Shown one piece after another: positions 1 through 8,969 of a stretch of DNA of 64,000 nt (position 1 is its first letter; each line of letters opens with the position of its first letter). Location: contig CAZENF010000001.1 in assembly GCA_964513645.1 (NCBI GenBank), positions 7,303 through 71,302 of the forward strand, read 5' to 3'. Made by a program: the position numbers and the translations under genes. Under the pieces are notes generated by a model that saw only the letters and a list, made by a program, of their open reading frames with translations, did no database searches and was not told where the DNA came from. Origin of the DNA: an uncultured Candidatus Saccharibacteria bacterium. GTDB lineage: Bacteria > Patescibacteriota > Minisyncoccia > 2-02-FULL-40-12 > GWA2-44-9.

Positions 1-2
1 TT

Positions 3-701
3 GAAAAAGCGAAGAGTGAAATAAACGAAAAAATAAAAGAAGCGGGGGAGGCGGCCGTGTTCGAAACCGGTATCGGAGCGGTTGACCCGCGTCTTACTTA
101 TTTCCTCGGCCGCCTGGCTTTCAGAACCAGTTTTGGCCAGAATGTTCTGCTTCACTCAATCGAAATGTCCCATCTCGCCGGAATGATGGCGGCAGAGCTT
201 GGGGCCGATGTCAGCGTGGCCAGAAAAGGCGCACTTTTCCATGATATCGGTAAAGCAGTTGACCATGAGGTCCAAGGAACGCATGTCGAGATCGGACGCA
301 AAATTCTCCAGAAGTTCGGCATGGATGACAAGGTCATCAAAGCAATGGAAGCTCATCATGAGGAATATCCATACGCAACGGTTGAATCCCGAATCGTCCA
401 AGCAGCGGATGCGATTTCGGGTGCCCGACCGGGAGCCAGAAAAGATACTGTTGAGATATATCTAAAACGTCTTGAAGAACTCGAGAGGATATCCAATTCG
501 TTTGAAGGTGTGGAGAAATCTTATGCTGTTCAGGCGGGCAGGGAATTACGTATATTTGTCACTCCTACCGCAATTGATGACCTCGGCGCTCTCAAAATGG
601 CCAAGGATATTGCCAAAAAGATAGAAGATGAAATGAAATACCCCGGGGAGATCAAAGTTAATGTTATCCGCGAAACGAGGGCGGTCGAGTATGCCAGGTA
701 G
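3..701 (+). CDS. rny: Ribonuclease Y, 5'-truncated by window edge
   Basis: HD motif (LFHDIGKA), RTSFGQNVLLHS, ADAISGARPGAR, C-terminal YPGEIKVNVIRETRA; frame open back to position 3. Confidence 0.95.
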   Translation, partial: EKAKSEINEKIKEAGEAAVFETGIGAVDPRLTYFLGRLAFRTSFGQNVLLHSIEMSHLAGMMAAELGADVSVARKGALFHDIGKAVDHEVQGTHVEIGRKILQKFGMDDKVIKAMEAHHEEYPYATVESRIVQAADAISGARPGARKDTVEIYLKRLEELERISNSFEGVEKSYAVQAGRELRIFVTPTAIDDLGALKMAKDIAKKIEDEMKYPGEIKVNVIRETRAVEYAR

Positions 702-804
702 TAAAAGTTCTAATTATCTTTGAGCTTTTTAGTATAAGCTGATAATGATTTTAAGTTATTTTGTGAAAAAAACCGAGATATTTTGATGTTTATCAACAGG
801 GGTG

Positions 805-833
805 TTGCAATTTCCGCATAAAACCTCGATAAT
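805..833 (+). promoter_or_regulatory. Sigma70-type promoter upstream of the hup leader
   Basis: TTGCAA (805-810), 17 nt, GATAAT (828-833). Confidence 0.55.
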
Positions 834-886
834 TGAAGGGTTGGTTAAATTGTAAGGTCGATACAATTAAAATAAATATCTTAATG

Positions 887-1042
887 ACGCAGCTGGTTTG
901 ACTGAATTCAAGGCAAAAGCCAGGACCGAACTGAGCCATAGTATAACTATGGTGAAGGAGGACCGGAGCTTTTAACGAAGAAGTCAGTCAAAAGTTTACT
1001 GCTTAATTGCCGAAGGCAATAGCAGAGCGCCCAGCCAGTTAT
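887..1042 (+). ncRNA. Structured leader element, copy 1 (upstream of hup)
   Basis: Stems gctgg/ccagc, tttgactga/tcagtcaaa, aaaagc/gctttt, ccatagt/actatgg; homologous to 55517-55666 and 59826-59979(-). Confidence 0.7.
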
Positions 1043-1046
1043 AATC

Positions 1047-1325
1047 ATGCCAGTAAAAAAAGGACAATTAGTCCAAATGTTAGCTGAAAGAATGAACGTT
1101 CCGAAGAAACAGTCTTTGGAATGGCTTGAGGCTTTTATTGATGAAATTACCAAAGCTCTTCGCAAAGGAGAGAAGGTAAATATCACCGGTTTCGGCATTT
1201 TCAAAATTGCCAACCGCAAAGCCCGCGAAGGCATCAACCCGAAGACCGGCGAAAAGATCCATATTGCCGCTTCGAAGAAGCCCAGATTCACTCCAGGCAA
1301 AGTTCTCAAAGAAGCTGTTAAGTAG
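1047..1325 (+). CDS. hup: HU family DNA-binding protein
   Basis: ITGFGIF...RKAREGINPKTGEKIHI...PRFTPGKVLK signature. Confidence 0.95.
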   Translation: MPVKKGQLVQMLAERMNVPKKQSLEWLEAFIDEITKALRKGEKVNITGFGIFKIANRKAREGINPKTGEKIHIAASKKPRFTPGKVLKEAVK

Positions 1326-1334
1326 GATAATATT

Positions 1335-1354
1335 CCTGCCTGCCGGCAGGCAGG
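1335..1354. repeat. 20-bp perfect palindrome (REP-like)
   Basis: cctgcctgccggcaggcagg; near-identical copy at 57925-57945. Confidence 0.8.
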
Positions 1355-1392
1355 TTGGCTCTCTAACCTGTTGGAATATTATTAACACTATT

Positions 1393-1422
1393 GTAAAAAC
1401 CCCCGCTTTCGGGGGTTTTTAC
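1393..1422. terminator. Intrinsic terminator after hup
   Basis: gtaaaaacccccg-cttt-cgggggtttttac hairpin with A/T tails. Confidence 0.8.
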
Positions 1423-1489
1423 GTTTTTGACAGTGATTGTTGAATATTGTATAAAGACGGTAACAAAAGATCCTTAACAAGGATTTTAT

Positions 1490-2758
1490 ATGCAGGAATG
1501 GGCGATCTGTATGCCCGGTACTTTTTCAAGATTAGCACCTCATGTTGGGGCGCTTCATGCCTTACTTACGGCTTATCAGGAGGGCAAACTTCTAAAAGAA
1601 CCCGCATATATATGTACCAGTTCTGTGGCAGGAATTCCGGCTTCAATTGCTGTTCAACGTTCCGAAGAAAAGTTTTTAGAGATCGAGCATATTCTCTTAA
1701 ATTTAAGAAAAAAACATTTTGTCAGTCTCCATCCTGATCTCAAAAAAAGAGCGGCAATAGATTTTGTTTCCATGCTTGGCCTGATCATCAGCGCTCACGC
1801 CACCGGTAAGATCCAGGACCCTGTTAAAAGATATCTGGCCCTTCTTTCGATGGTGCCCGTAGCTCTTAAAATATCCGAAAAAGCCGTAAAAGATATATTT
1901 AACTGTAAATCATTTCTAACTTATGACAACGATCTTTTTCCGCTTCTGATGAGTTCTTTTGATTTTGACGCCATTTTTAATTCACCGATAAAAATAGAAA
2001 TGCCGTCCGTTAATCTGAATAAAGCCGGCTGGAGACTCGACCAGATACTTTCCAGTCCGCCATTATATCTTGACGGTTGGCACAACGAGGGCTGGGTCAG
2101 CGTTACCAATTTCAAGCCGGAAGACAAAGATCTCGAACCGGATATAAGAAACCGGAAATATGTCCGCAAACTTATCAACGGTCTCCGTGTCTACGGCCAT
2201 TTTGCTCCTGGCCGCCATGAAAACGATGATCCGATCGCCGATACGGCGGCTCTAAGCAATATGCCGATTCATTTTGCCATTAAACAAGGTTATACCAATA
2301 TTGTTGTTTTGCATTACAATTCAACAACTGAAGCCCCGATTAATAAACCATTACGAAATTGGGTTGAAACTCTTAACCGCGAAGTTGACCTGAATGTTTC
2401 CGAGAATAGCAGAAAAACGGAACTCGGTTATTTAAGGGTCAATAATGACCTCAAAGAGCTGGATAAACAGAACAGGGACCTTGAAAAACTCGAAGAAATG
2501 ATAAAGCGGCAAGGGGTTTTACTTGACGATTCTGTCCGTGAAACTGTCGAAAAATATATCAAAGCCACCAGAGATGCTCATTTACGGTTGTCCTATGCCC
2601 GCAAAAAGAAGATTAATCTTTATTTCGTCGATTCCGAACCGCTGCCGGATATACATTTCAGCAGTTTTAATACCGAACAATTACGAGAAGGTATCAATAA
2701 AGGCTGGCGAGCCGGTTGGAATGCCATTCCGCGTATCAACGAAATGATATCCGCTTAA
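1490..2758 (+). CDS. Divergent patatin-like phospholipase-fold protein
   Basis: PGTFSR..HVGAL (Gly-rich loop position), CTSSVAG (GxSxG position), IADTAALSNMPI (DGG..N.P position). Confidence 0.55.
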   Translation: MQEWAICMPGTFSRLAPHVGALHALLTAYQEGKLLKEPAYICTSSVAGIPASIAVQRSEEKFLEIEHILLNLRKKHFVSLHPDLKKRAAIDFVSMLGLIISAHATGKIQDPVKRYLALLSMVPVALKISEKAVKDIFNCKSFLTYDNDLFPLLMSSFDFDAIFNSPIKIEMPSVNLNKAGWRLDQILSSPPLYLDGWHNEGWVSVTNFKPEDKDLEPDIRNRKYVRKLINGLRVYGHFAPGRHENDDPIADTAALSNMPIHFAIKQGYTNIVVLHYNSTTEAPINKPLRNWVETLNREVDLNVSENSRKTELGYLRVNNDLKELDKQNRDLEKLEEMIKRQGVLLDDSVRETVEKYIKATRDAHLRLSYARKKKINLYFVDSEPLPDIHFSSFNTEQLREGINKGWRAGWNAIPRINEMISA

Positions 2759-2795
2759 ATTAAAAAAGCCCATGTGGGCTTTTCTTATTTGATAA

Positions 2796-3731
2796 TTATA
2801 TTTTACCGTCTCTTTTGAGTTTGGCGATGAACTTGTTTATATCTTCTGCGGAAATTGCATAAGTAAAATTAGAGGTTTTTGATATCGTTAATCCTATAAC
2901 TTTGCCGTTCCGGTTAAAAACCGGACCGCCGGAAAACCCCGGTTCGGGACTTGATCTGATGCGGTAGATTTTGGTCAATCCGCCGTCTCTGACCCCCGGA
3001 GTTTCGGTTATGATAGCTTTAATATTTCCATTGAGAACATAATTGATAAAATCCATTAACTTTATTTTTCCATCATTGTTCTTTATCTGAAAATCATTAT
3101 CCGAAGCTAAGATGGGAACTCTTCCGGCTACGTAAACTTTTTCATCCAATGACACCTTGTCTTCCAGTTCAAGAGGCTGTAAAAGAAGAGGTGTTTTTGA
3201 AGATTTGAACGCAGCCATATCCCGGATAGAATAAGGGTCCCCCATGCCGATAAGTTCTATCGGAAAATCAGATGCTTTTTTATTAAGTTCGTATGTGGCA
3301 AAAAAACCATAATCATAGTGCTCGCTTACAGGTAAACCCTTACTATCAAAAGAAAATCGTAAACCATTATGTTCCATCTCTGTCATCGGTATCAGGAAAA
3401 TGTGCCTGGCGCTTATGAATATTCCAGATTCTGTATAAAAACCCGTTCCGCCGCTTTTGTAAGTATCGGAGGTAAAAAATAATATTTGTCTTTTAAGCTT
3501 TATCTCTGAACTTATGGCAATAGTGCTTTTGAAGGCTTGTTTTACTTTTTCCGGCAACTGTTCGTCCGATTCGACGGTATTTTCAGAAAAAACATAATTT
3601 TGTCCGGAATTTATTGCAAGTTGCGGACCAAACAGATGGATGGACGGCACTATTCTGGTAAGAATGATTTCAATTCCTATCAAGATGAAGAAAAAACTGA
3701 ATAACAAGGCCAAGTATCTTCTCTTATCCAT
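2796..3731 (-). CDS. Membrane-anchored trypsin-like (S1) serine protease
   Basis: SARH, RDMA and PGFSGGPV catalytic motifs; start moved to MDKRR (3731) because the longer ORF runs antisense through tRNA-Gly. Confidence 0.8.
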   Translation of the reverse strand: MDKRRYLALLFSFFFILIGIEIILTRIVPSIHLFGPQLAINSGQNYVFSENTVESDEQLPEKVKQAFKSTIAISSEIKLKRQILFFTSDTYKSGGTGFYTESGIFISARHIFLIPMTEMEHNGLRFSFDSKGLPVSEHYDYGFFATYELNKKASDFPIELIGMGDPYSIRDMAAFKSSKTPLLLQPLELEDKVSLDEKVYVAGRVPILASDNDFQIKNNDGKIKLMDFINYVLNGNIKAIITETPGVRDGGLTKIYRIRSSPEPGFSGGPVFNRNGKVIGLTISKTSNFTYAISAEDINKFIAKLKRDGKI

Positions 3732-3885
3732 GACGCCTGTTTTTAAAAGGACCAGTAAGGAGATAATATAATAAAATTTGTGATCGAACAAAGGATATCC
3801 AGATATTGAGAAAACTGGGATTTTTGTTATAATTTTTTTACGGCTAATTGTTTTTAGCGGGCCTGCCCGCCGAAGCAAAGCGCAG

Positions 3886-3956
3886 GCGGGATTCGTATAT
3901 CGGTAATACATGAGTTTTCCAAACTCAAGAGACGGGTTCGACTCCCGTATCCCGCT
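3886..3956 (+). tRNA. tRNA-Gly(TCC)
   Basis: Acceptor gcgggat/atcccgc, anticodon arm tgagt-tttccaa-actca, T arm acggg-ttcgact-cccgt. Confidence 0.95.
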
Positions 3957-4011
3957 CAAAATTTGTAAGCAAATTTTGAGCGAGGCTCGTCTCGGTCAAA
4001 GATCGGACGGC

Positions 4012-4087
4012 CCGCTCGTAACAGGAAATTATTGGTCAGAATTCCCAAATAGCCAAGTTAACATCTCAATATCAAGAGGTCCGAACC
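4012..4087 (+). repeat. 76-bp direct repeat, copy 1
   Basis: Identical to 4672-4747 (ccgctcgtaacagg...gaggtccgaacc). Confidence 0.95.
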
Positions 4088-4155
4088 CTAATCTTGACTT
4101 TATTTTTAGTATTGATATAATCTCATCAAATAGATTAGACTTAAGGAGCTGTCCT

Positions 4156-4521
4156 ATGAAATCAAGCTTGTTCTTTTTAGTTCTCCTCCTTGCCTCCAGT
4201 GGATGTTCACCATCGAACCAAAGGCAAGAGGTTGCCGAGTTAACCCCAGTTTCTATCAAGCTAATTAACAATGATCCTGATGTAAAAGGTGTCCAAGTTG
4301 GAGATGTCTATGTGCTTTCAGTAAGAGGTTGGGGGTTTGGTGCCCCTACTTGGCATATGGACGAAGCCTTGGAAAAGTTTGGTACTGCTAGTAAAGAATT
4401 ATCAGAACAGGGACTTAGTCTCCTTCCAGAATCCGTTAAAAAAGATTCATTTATGGGCAATACTGGCGGACATTATGTTTGGATAACAGCCTCGTTTATA
4501 AAATCTAATCTCAAATCTTAG
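4156..4521 (+). CDS. Hypothetical lipoprotein-like protein
   Basis: SD aaggag; MKSSLFFLVLLLASSGC signal/lipobox; promoter TTGACT (4094) and TG-TATAAT (4116). Confidence 0.65.
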   Translation: MKSSLFFLVLLLASSGCSPSNQRQEVAELTPVSIKLINNDPDVKGVQVGDVYVLSVRGWGFGAPTWHMDEALEKFGTASKELSEQGLSLLPESVKKDSFMGNTGGHYVWITASFIKSNLKS

Positions 4522-4671
4522 GAGCAATTAAATGCTCCTTTTTAATTTTTTTTAGCTGTCTCAGTTGATAAATTTGGAATACAGAATAAATTATTTTCTT
4601 GTATAAAATAGGTTCCCGCCTTTAGCGAGGCTCGTCCGTCCTTGGCGAGACGGCTAACGTCATATACTAAT

Positions 4672-4747
4672 CCGCTCGTAACAGGAAATTATTGGTCAGA
4701 ATTCCCAAATAGCCAAGTTAACATCTCAATATCAAGAGGTCCGAACC
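4672..4747 (+). repeat. 76-bp direct repeat, copy 2
   Basis: Identical to 4012-4087, 660 bp downstream. Confidence 0.95.
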
Positions 4748-4811
4748 TGAAGTATTGACAAAATAGATTATTTGATATAGATTATACTCGCTGTTTAAAA
4801 GGAGACTATCA

Positions 4812-5096
4812 ATGAAAGTCCTTGATCTAGGCGATGTCTTCCTTGGAAAATCAGGCGAATGTGTGGTTGAGAAAGTTGAACACCATCCAAGTACACCATA
4901 TCAAGGTCAGGGTGACTCCGGGTGTGACTCAGACTCTTTGCCTTATTGGAATGTGAAAGCAAGGGTTCTAAATCCAGACGGAAGTTATAATAAAGACGGT
5001 ATTTTAGAAGAGTTGCAACTTGTAAGTTACGAGTATAGCGATACCCCATCTGAACAACCGGCTGTACTTCGAACAATGTCGTTAAGGTTTATCTAA
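4812..5096 (+). CDS. Hypothetical protein
   Basis: SD aaggag; TTGACA (4755), 17 nt, TAGATT upstream. Confidence 0.6.
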   Translation: MKVLDLGDVFLGKSGECVVEKVEHHPSTPYQGQGDSGCDSDSLPYWNVKARVLNPDGSYNKDGILEELQLVSYEYSDTPSEQPAVLRTMSLRFI

Positions 5097-5329
5097 TTAC
5101 ACGGTTACCATTAGATTTACCGCCTGCTAATCTTCCGAGGGTTCAATAGAACCCTCTTTATATTAATTAAATATTGGTACATAGGTTCGAACCTAAATAA
5201 GCGAAGATCGATTTTTTAAGTTCTAAGCCGTCCTCTTAATTGATTTTATAACATTCGGATGTTAAATCTTGACTGTATTATGGATTTTGATATAATATTC
5301 CACACAGCACCTTGCTGTCAGGGAGTAAT

Positions 5330-5575
5330 ATGACCAAAGTCGAGGTAGTTACGATATTTGGGAACGGAGAATCAGAAGATGTCTATCAAAGAAATTCATT
5401 TGGTTTACCTTCGCATCATCTCACAGATTCACTACAGAAAGAAATCAATCAACGCGAAGTGGAATTTGGCGCGATGACAAGTCTGCTAATTCTTCCGGAA
5501 CTTGACCACAAAAAGAAAGGATATGTTAGGAATATAACTTGTATCGCAACTTTTGGAGATGCTCCAAGCCGCTAA
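5330..5575 (+). CDS. Hypothetical protein
   Basis: SD gggag before ATG 5330; TTGACT...TG-TATAAT upstream. Confidence 0.55.
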   Translation: MTKVEVVTIFGNGESEDVYQRNSFGLPSHHLTDSLQKEINQREVEFGAMTSLLILPELDHKKKGYVRNITCIATFGDAPSR

Positions 5576-5652
5576 ATCATATAGCGGTTTTTATTTTTTT
5601 TAAAAACGCTTAGTTTTTTGCTTAAATTAATCAGATTAAATTAAAAAACCGG

Positions 5653-7905
5653 CTATTGCCGGTTTTTATAATGTTCAACCAATGTTTCAGTATAGATTCC
5701 TACTTTTTCAGAAAATTCTGACTTCGGCCGGACCTCGGAATATATCCGGTCGAACATTTTACGGGCCAATGGACCCGCGACCCAGCCGCCGGAAACCTGC
5801 ATATCGCTGCGGCCACTAACTTTTTTCATGTATTCAGGAAGTTCGATAACTCGATAGTCGTCATGACCGAAACGAAGAGCGATGATTATATCCGGGGTTC
5901 CGCACCAGATAGACACGTCCCGTGGTCCGTCGGAAGTGCCGGTTTTACAGGCGACAGGTTGTTCAATGTTGCGCATTGATATCTTGGCAGTACCGATCTT
6001 GGCCACACCCCGCATCATTGCGAGTATTTTGGCGGAAGTTTCTTCGGAGATGACCCGTTTTTTCCCGGGGGTCCGGGCTTCAAAAATTTCATGATTATCA
6101 GCATCGCGGATCTCATTTATCAGGGTGGGTCTCATATAAATTCCGTTCCTGAAAAAAACCGCATAAGCATTCGCCAGTTCGAGCATATTCACATCGGAAG
6201 CGCCAATGGCGGTCGGCAGGAGCGGAACCAGTCCGCCTGATATTTGATAACCCGGACGGCGGAGCCAGAACTCACCGCCTGAATCTCGGACGATGCCTGG
6301 GTTGCCCCAGACGCCGAAATTTTGAGCCAATTTAATGACCGGTTTTATCTCGCCGGGCAGAGAACGAGCTAAGTTAAGGGTTGCCAAGTTGACCGAACGG
6401 ATAAGCATGTAGGCGAGGTCTTGATAGCCGAAAGCGACAGGGTTATCTTCTTTGAAATTCTTAGGCGTCCAGCGTTTGCCGGGGGCCGAGCCCTTCATTG
6501 AGAAGGGACAGTTGCAGATCTTGCTGAAAAAATCATAATCAAAATATTCTATCGCCGCGGCGTAAGTGAAAGGTTTAAATCCTGACCCTGGTGAGCGGGA
6601 GGCCATGACCCGGTTATACTGGGTCAGGTTAAAATCACTTCCACCTGACAAAGCCAGAATATTTCCGGTCGGAACGTCAATGGCGATAAAGGCGCCTTCA
6701 AGTCTGTTTTCGGAGCTTATACCCTGATTCAGAAGAGTCAATTGCTTATCAAACTCTTCGGACATTATTTTTTGTATTCTCGAATCAATGGTTGTCTTAA
6801 TTGCCAATCCGCCGTGATATGAGAGCTCATTCTCCGTGTGTCCTTCTGAAAGAAGGATCTCTTTAACCATTCGGTTGGAATAACCGTAGTCGCGGTTGTT
6901 AAGAGGATGAAGTTCGGCTAATTTAAGGTCTTCCGGCTCATCTCTGTTCAGATAAGACGACTCAAAATCTTCTTTTTTGAAGTAAGATTCGTCAAATTGT
7001 TGTTGGTTGATATAACCGTCATCGAGCATATGTTCAAGTACCCAGTTATATCTGTCCCAAGCTTTGCCCACTCTGATCTTTTCTTTGGTCAGCTTGGCTT
7101 TGTATTCCGGGTCGGAAAGATCCGGTTTGTGGAATATCGGACAATAAAGTAAAGGCGATTTATTCATACTCACCAGCATGACCGTTTCTTTCAGGGTCAG
7201 TTGGTCTTTACGAAGATCTTTATCCCAGTAACGCTGACTTGCTTCATTGATGCCGAAAACACCGTGGCCAAGATAAATAGAATTCAAAAGACCTTCAACT
7301 ATCGCATCTTTTGAAAATCTGCGGTTAAGTTGAATGGCTATTTTAGCTTCTTTAATTTTGCGCCAAACGGTATGTTCACGGTTTTTGAAAGCGTCCACCT
7401 CGTCGGCATAAAGGATCCGGGCGAGCTGGGCACGGATGCCGCTTGCACCCGAAAGATTATGAGCTCTGACTAAGATACCGAAACCGGCTCTTAAAATTGC
7501 GCAAGAATCAAGCCCGTCAATATACAACGGATCGCATACCAGGTCTGTGGCTGAATGATTGCGGCGTTTCTCGTTGAATCTTCTGTCTTCAGCGGCGATA
7601 AATCCGTCCTTTAATACTTTGGGCATTTCAGCGCTTTTTAGCGGTGAGCGGACCTGATTAAAAAACCGGCCGATAATTTTTCCGTCCGCGGTTGAGACCG
7701 AGGAGGAAATTTCAAAACTTGATTTTTCAAGTTTTTGAAGGTCGATCTTTTTACCCCGATCATCCTTTAAATCTCCGGTATATCGGAAAACATAGTAATA
7801 TGAACCCAGGCACAAAACGAGAAGTATCAGAGCCAATCCTTTCAGCGAATTCTTTATAAAACTTACTGTGAATCGGAGTATCTTGCCGATAAGGGGATAG
7901 GGCAT
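5653..7905 (-). CDS. Class A penicillin-binding protein (transglycosylase/transpeptidase)
   Basis: AAEDRRF, RKIKE, SPGSGFKP (SxxK), RSVN (SxN), KTGT. Confidence 0.92.
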   Translation of the reverse strand: MPYPLIGKILRFTVSFIKNSLKGLALILLVLCLGSYYYVFRYTGDLKDDRGKKIDLQKLEKSSFEISSSVSTADGKIIGRFFNQVRSPLKSAEMPKVLKDGFIAAEDRRFNEKRRNHSATDLVCDPLYIDGLDSCAILRAGFGILVRAHNLSGASGIRAQLARILYADEVDAFKNREHTVWRKIKEAKIAIQLNRRFSKDAIVEGLLNSIYLGHGVFGINEASQRYWDKDLRKDQLTLKETVMLVSMNKSPLLYCPIFHKPDLSDPEYKAKLTKEKIRVGKAWDRYNWVLEHMLDDGYINQQQFDESYFKKEDFESSYLNRDEPEDLKLAELHPLNNRDYGYSNRMVKEILLSEGHTENELSYHGGLAIKTTIDSRIQKIMSEEFDKQLTLLNQGISSENRLEGAFIAIDVPTGNILALSGGSDFNLTQYNRVMASRSPGSGFKPFTYAAAIEYFDYDFFSKICNCPFSMKGSAPGKRWTPKNFKEDNPVAFGYQDLAYMLIRSVNLATLNLARSLPGEIKPVIKLAQNFGVWGNPGIVRDSGGEFWLRRPGYQISGGLVPLLPTAIGASDVNMLELANAYAVFFRNGIYMRPTLINEIRDADNHEIFEARTPGKKRVISEETSAKILAMMRGVAKIGTAKISMRNIEQPVACKTGTSDGPRDVSIWCGTPDIIIALRFGHDDYRVIELPEYMKKVSGRSDMQVSGGWVAGPLARKMFDRIYSEVRPKSEFSEKVGIYTETLVEHYKNRQ

Positions 7906-7991
7906 TAAAACATTCTTTTTTCAAGGTTCAATGCGCGTTAGAATACAATAAACTTATGGTTTTTACAAATAAAAAACCGCCTTCCGGCGGA

Positions 7992-8387
7992 TTATTTCAG
8001 TAACGAAAGCTCAACAGAAACCATATCATTGAGCATGTTGGTTAAGAGTCTTTTTCGGTTTGAATCGAGAAATCTTTGAAGGTCGTTCAGATATACTCTC
8101 TGGCAATCATAGCGGTCGTCATAGGAACCGACCTGGTCTAAGAATTTATGGTCGGTAAGTTTTGCGTACTTTTCAAGAAGCTTCTCGAGAAGAGGGTTAT
8201 TGATGTGATAGCCGCCCATTGCGGAACTTACGCTCCAGGAACCGTCGCTGTGGAGCAGCAAAGCGGAAGAACCGCCTTGATAATTTGTCTTTGCTATTGC
8301 CAACTCGGTACACCCGGCTTTTTTCATTTTAGCCAAAAGGGTACGTTCTGTTTCATTGAATCTCTCACTTAGAGTTTCGTAATCCAT
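7992..8387 (-). CDS. Hypothetical protein
   Basis: 131-aa ORF with its own upstream promoter-like region and downstream hairpin. Confidence 0.55.
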   Translation of the reverse strand: MDYETLSERFNETERTLLAKMKKAGCTELAIAKTNYQGGSSALLLHSDGSWSVSSAMGGYHINNPLLEKLLEKYAKLTDHKFLDQVGSYDDRYDCQRVYLNDLQRFLDSNRKRLLTNMLNDMVSVELSLLK

Positions 8388-8525
8388 TCGCCATCGTCCT
8401 TTGAAAACGAACCTTTATGAATTTATCATCTATTTTCACAAAGTCAAGTTAAAAAATCGGATTCTTTACTTTGGGCGGTTTTTGGAGTAAAATTAGGTAG
8501 ATTTGCAAGGGTCCATCGATGAGAC

Positions 8526-8597
8526 CCCCTCGTAGTTCAATGGATAGAACAGGAGACTTCTAAGCTCTTGATCGAGGTTCGATTCCTCGCGAGGGGA
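8526..8597 (+). tRNA. tRNA-Arg(TCT)
   Basis: Acceptor cccctcg/cgagggg, anticodon loop cttctaa, T arm cgagg-ttcgatt-cctcg. Confidence 0.93.
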
Positions 8598-8599
8598 CT

Positions 8600-8965
8600 A
8601 TGAAAATATATTTAGATGATTTGAGAGAAACACCTCCTGGATGGGAGAGAGCTTATAATGTCAGAGAATTTAAGGAAATAGTTGAAAAAGCCATAACAGA
8701 TGGAGAAGATATTGAGGGTGTTAGTTTTGACAATGATTTAGGAGAACCAGGGTTGGAGAATGAAGGAAGAAGCGCTTTGAAATGGCTGATGAATGAACAT
8801 CCGGAGTTGATAAAAGACGGTTTTAAGGTTTTAGTGCATACTGATAACAACGAAGCGAGAGATGCAATGGCTAAAGATTACAAATTTTGGCGCGAACATG
8901 CAGATGAGCTTATCGAAGCAAAAAACCGACCGGAACCCTGGTCGGAAATAGATAAAATTAAATAA
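8600..8965 (+). CDS. Cyclic-phosphate-processing receiver-like (cREC) protein
   Basis: KIYLDDLR.TP.GW, SFDNDLG and VHTDN motifs match the family pattern. Confidence 0.75.
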   Translation: MKIYLDDLRETPPGWERAYNVREFKEIVEKAITDGEDIEGVSFDNDLGEPGLENEGRSALKWLMNEHPELIKDGFKVLVHTDNNEARDAMAKDYKFWREHADELIEAKNRPEPWSEIDKIK

Positions 8966-8969
8966 ATTT

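Noticed and set aside
3732-4155. N-terminal extensions of ORFs 2796..3959(-) and 3910..4521(+)
   Set aside because: They overlap tRNA-Gly and the repeat; better starts exist at 3731 and 4156.
4012-4747. 76-bp repeats as a CRISPR array
   Set aside because: Only two copies, too long, separated by a whole gene, and no cas genes in the window.
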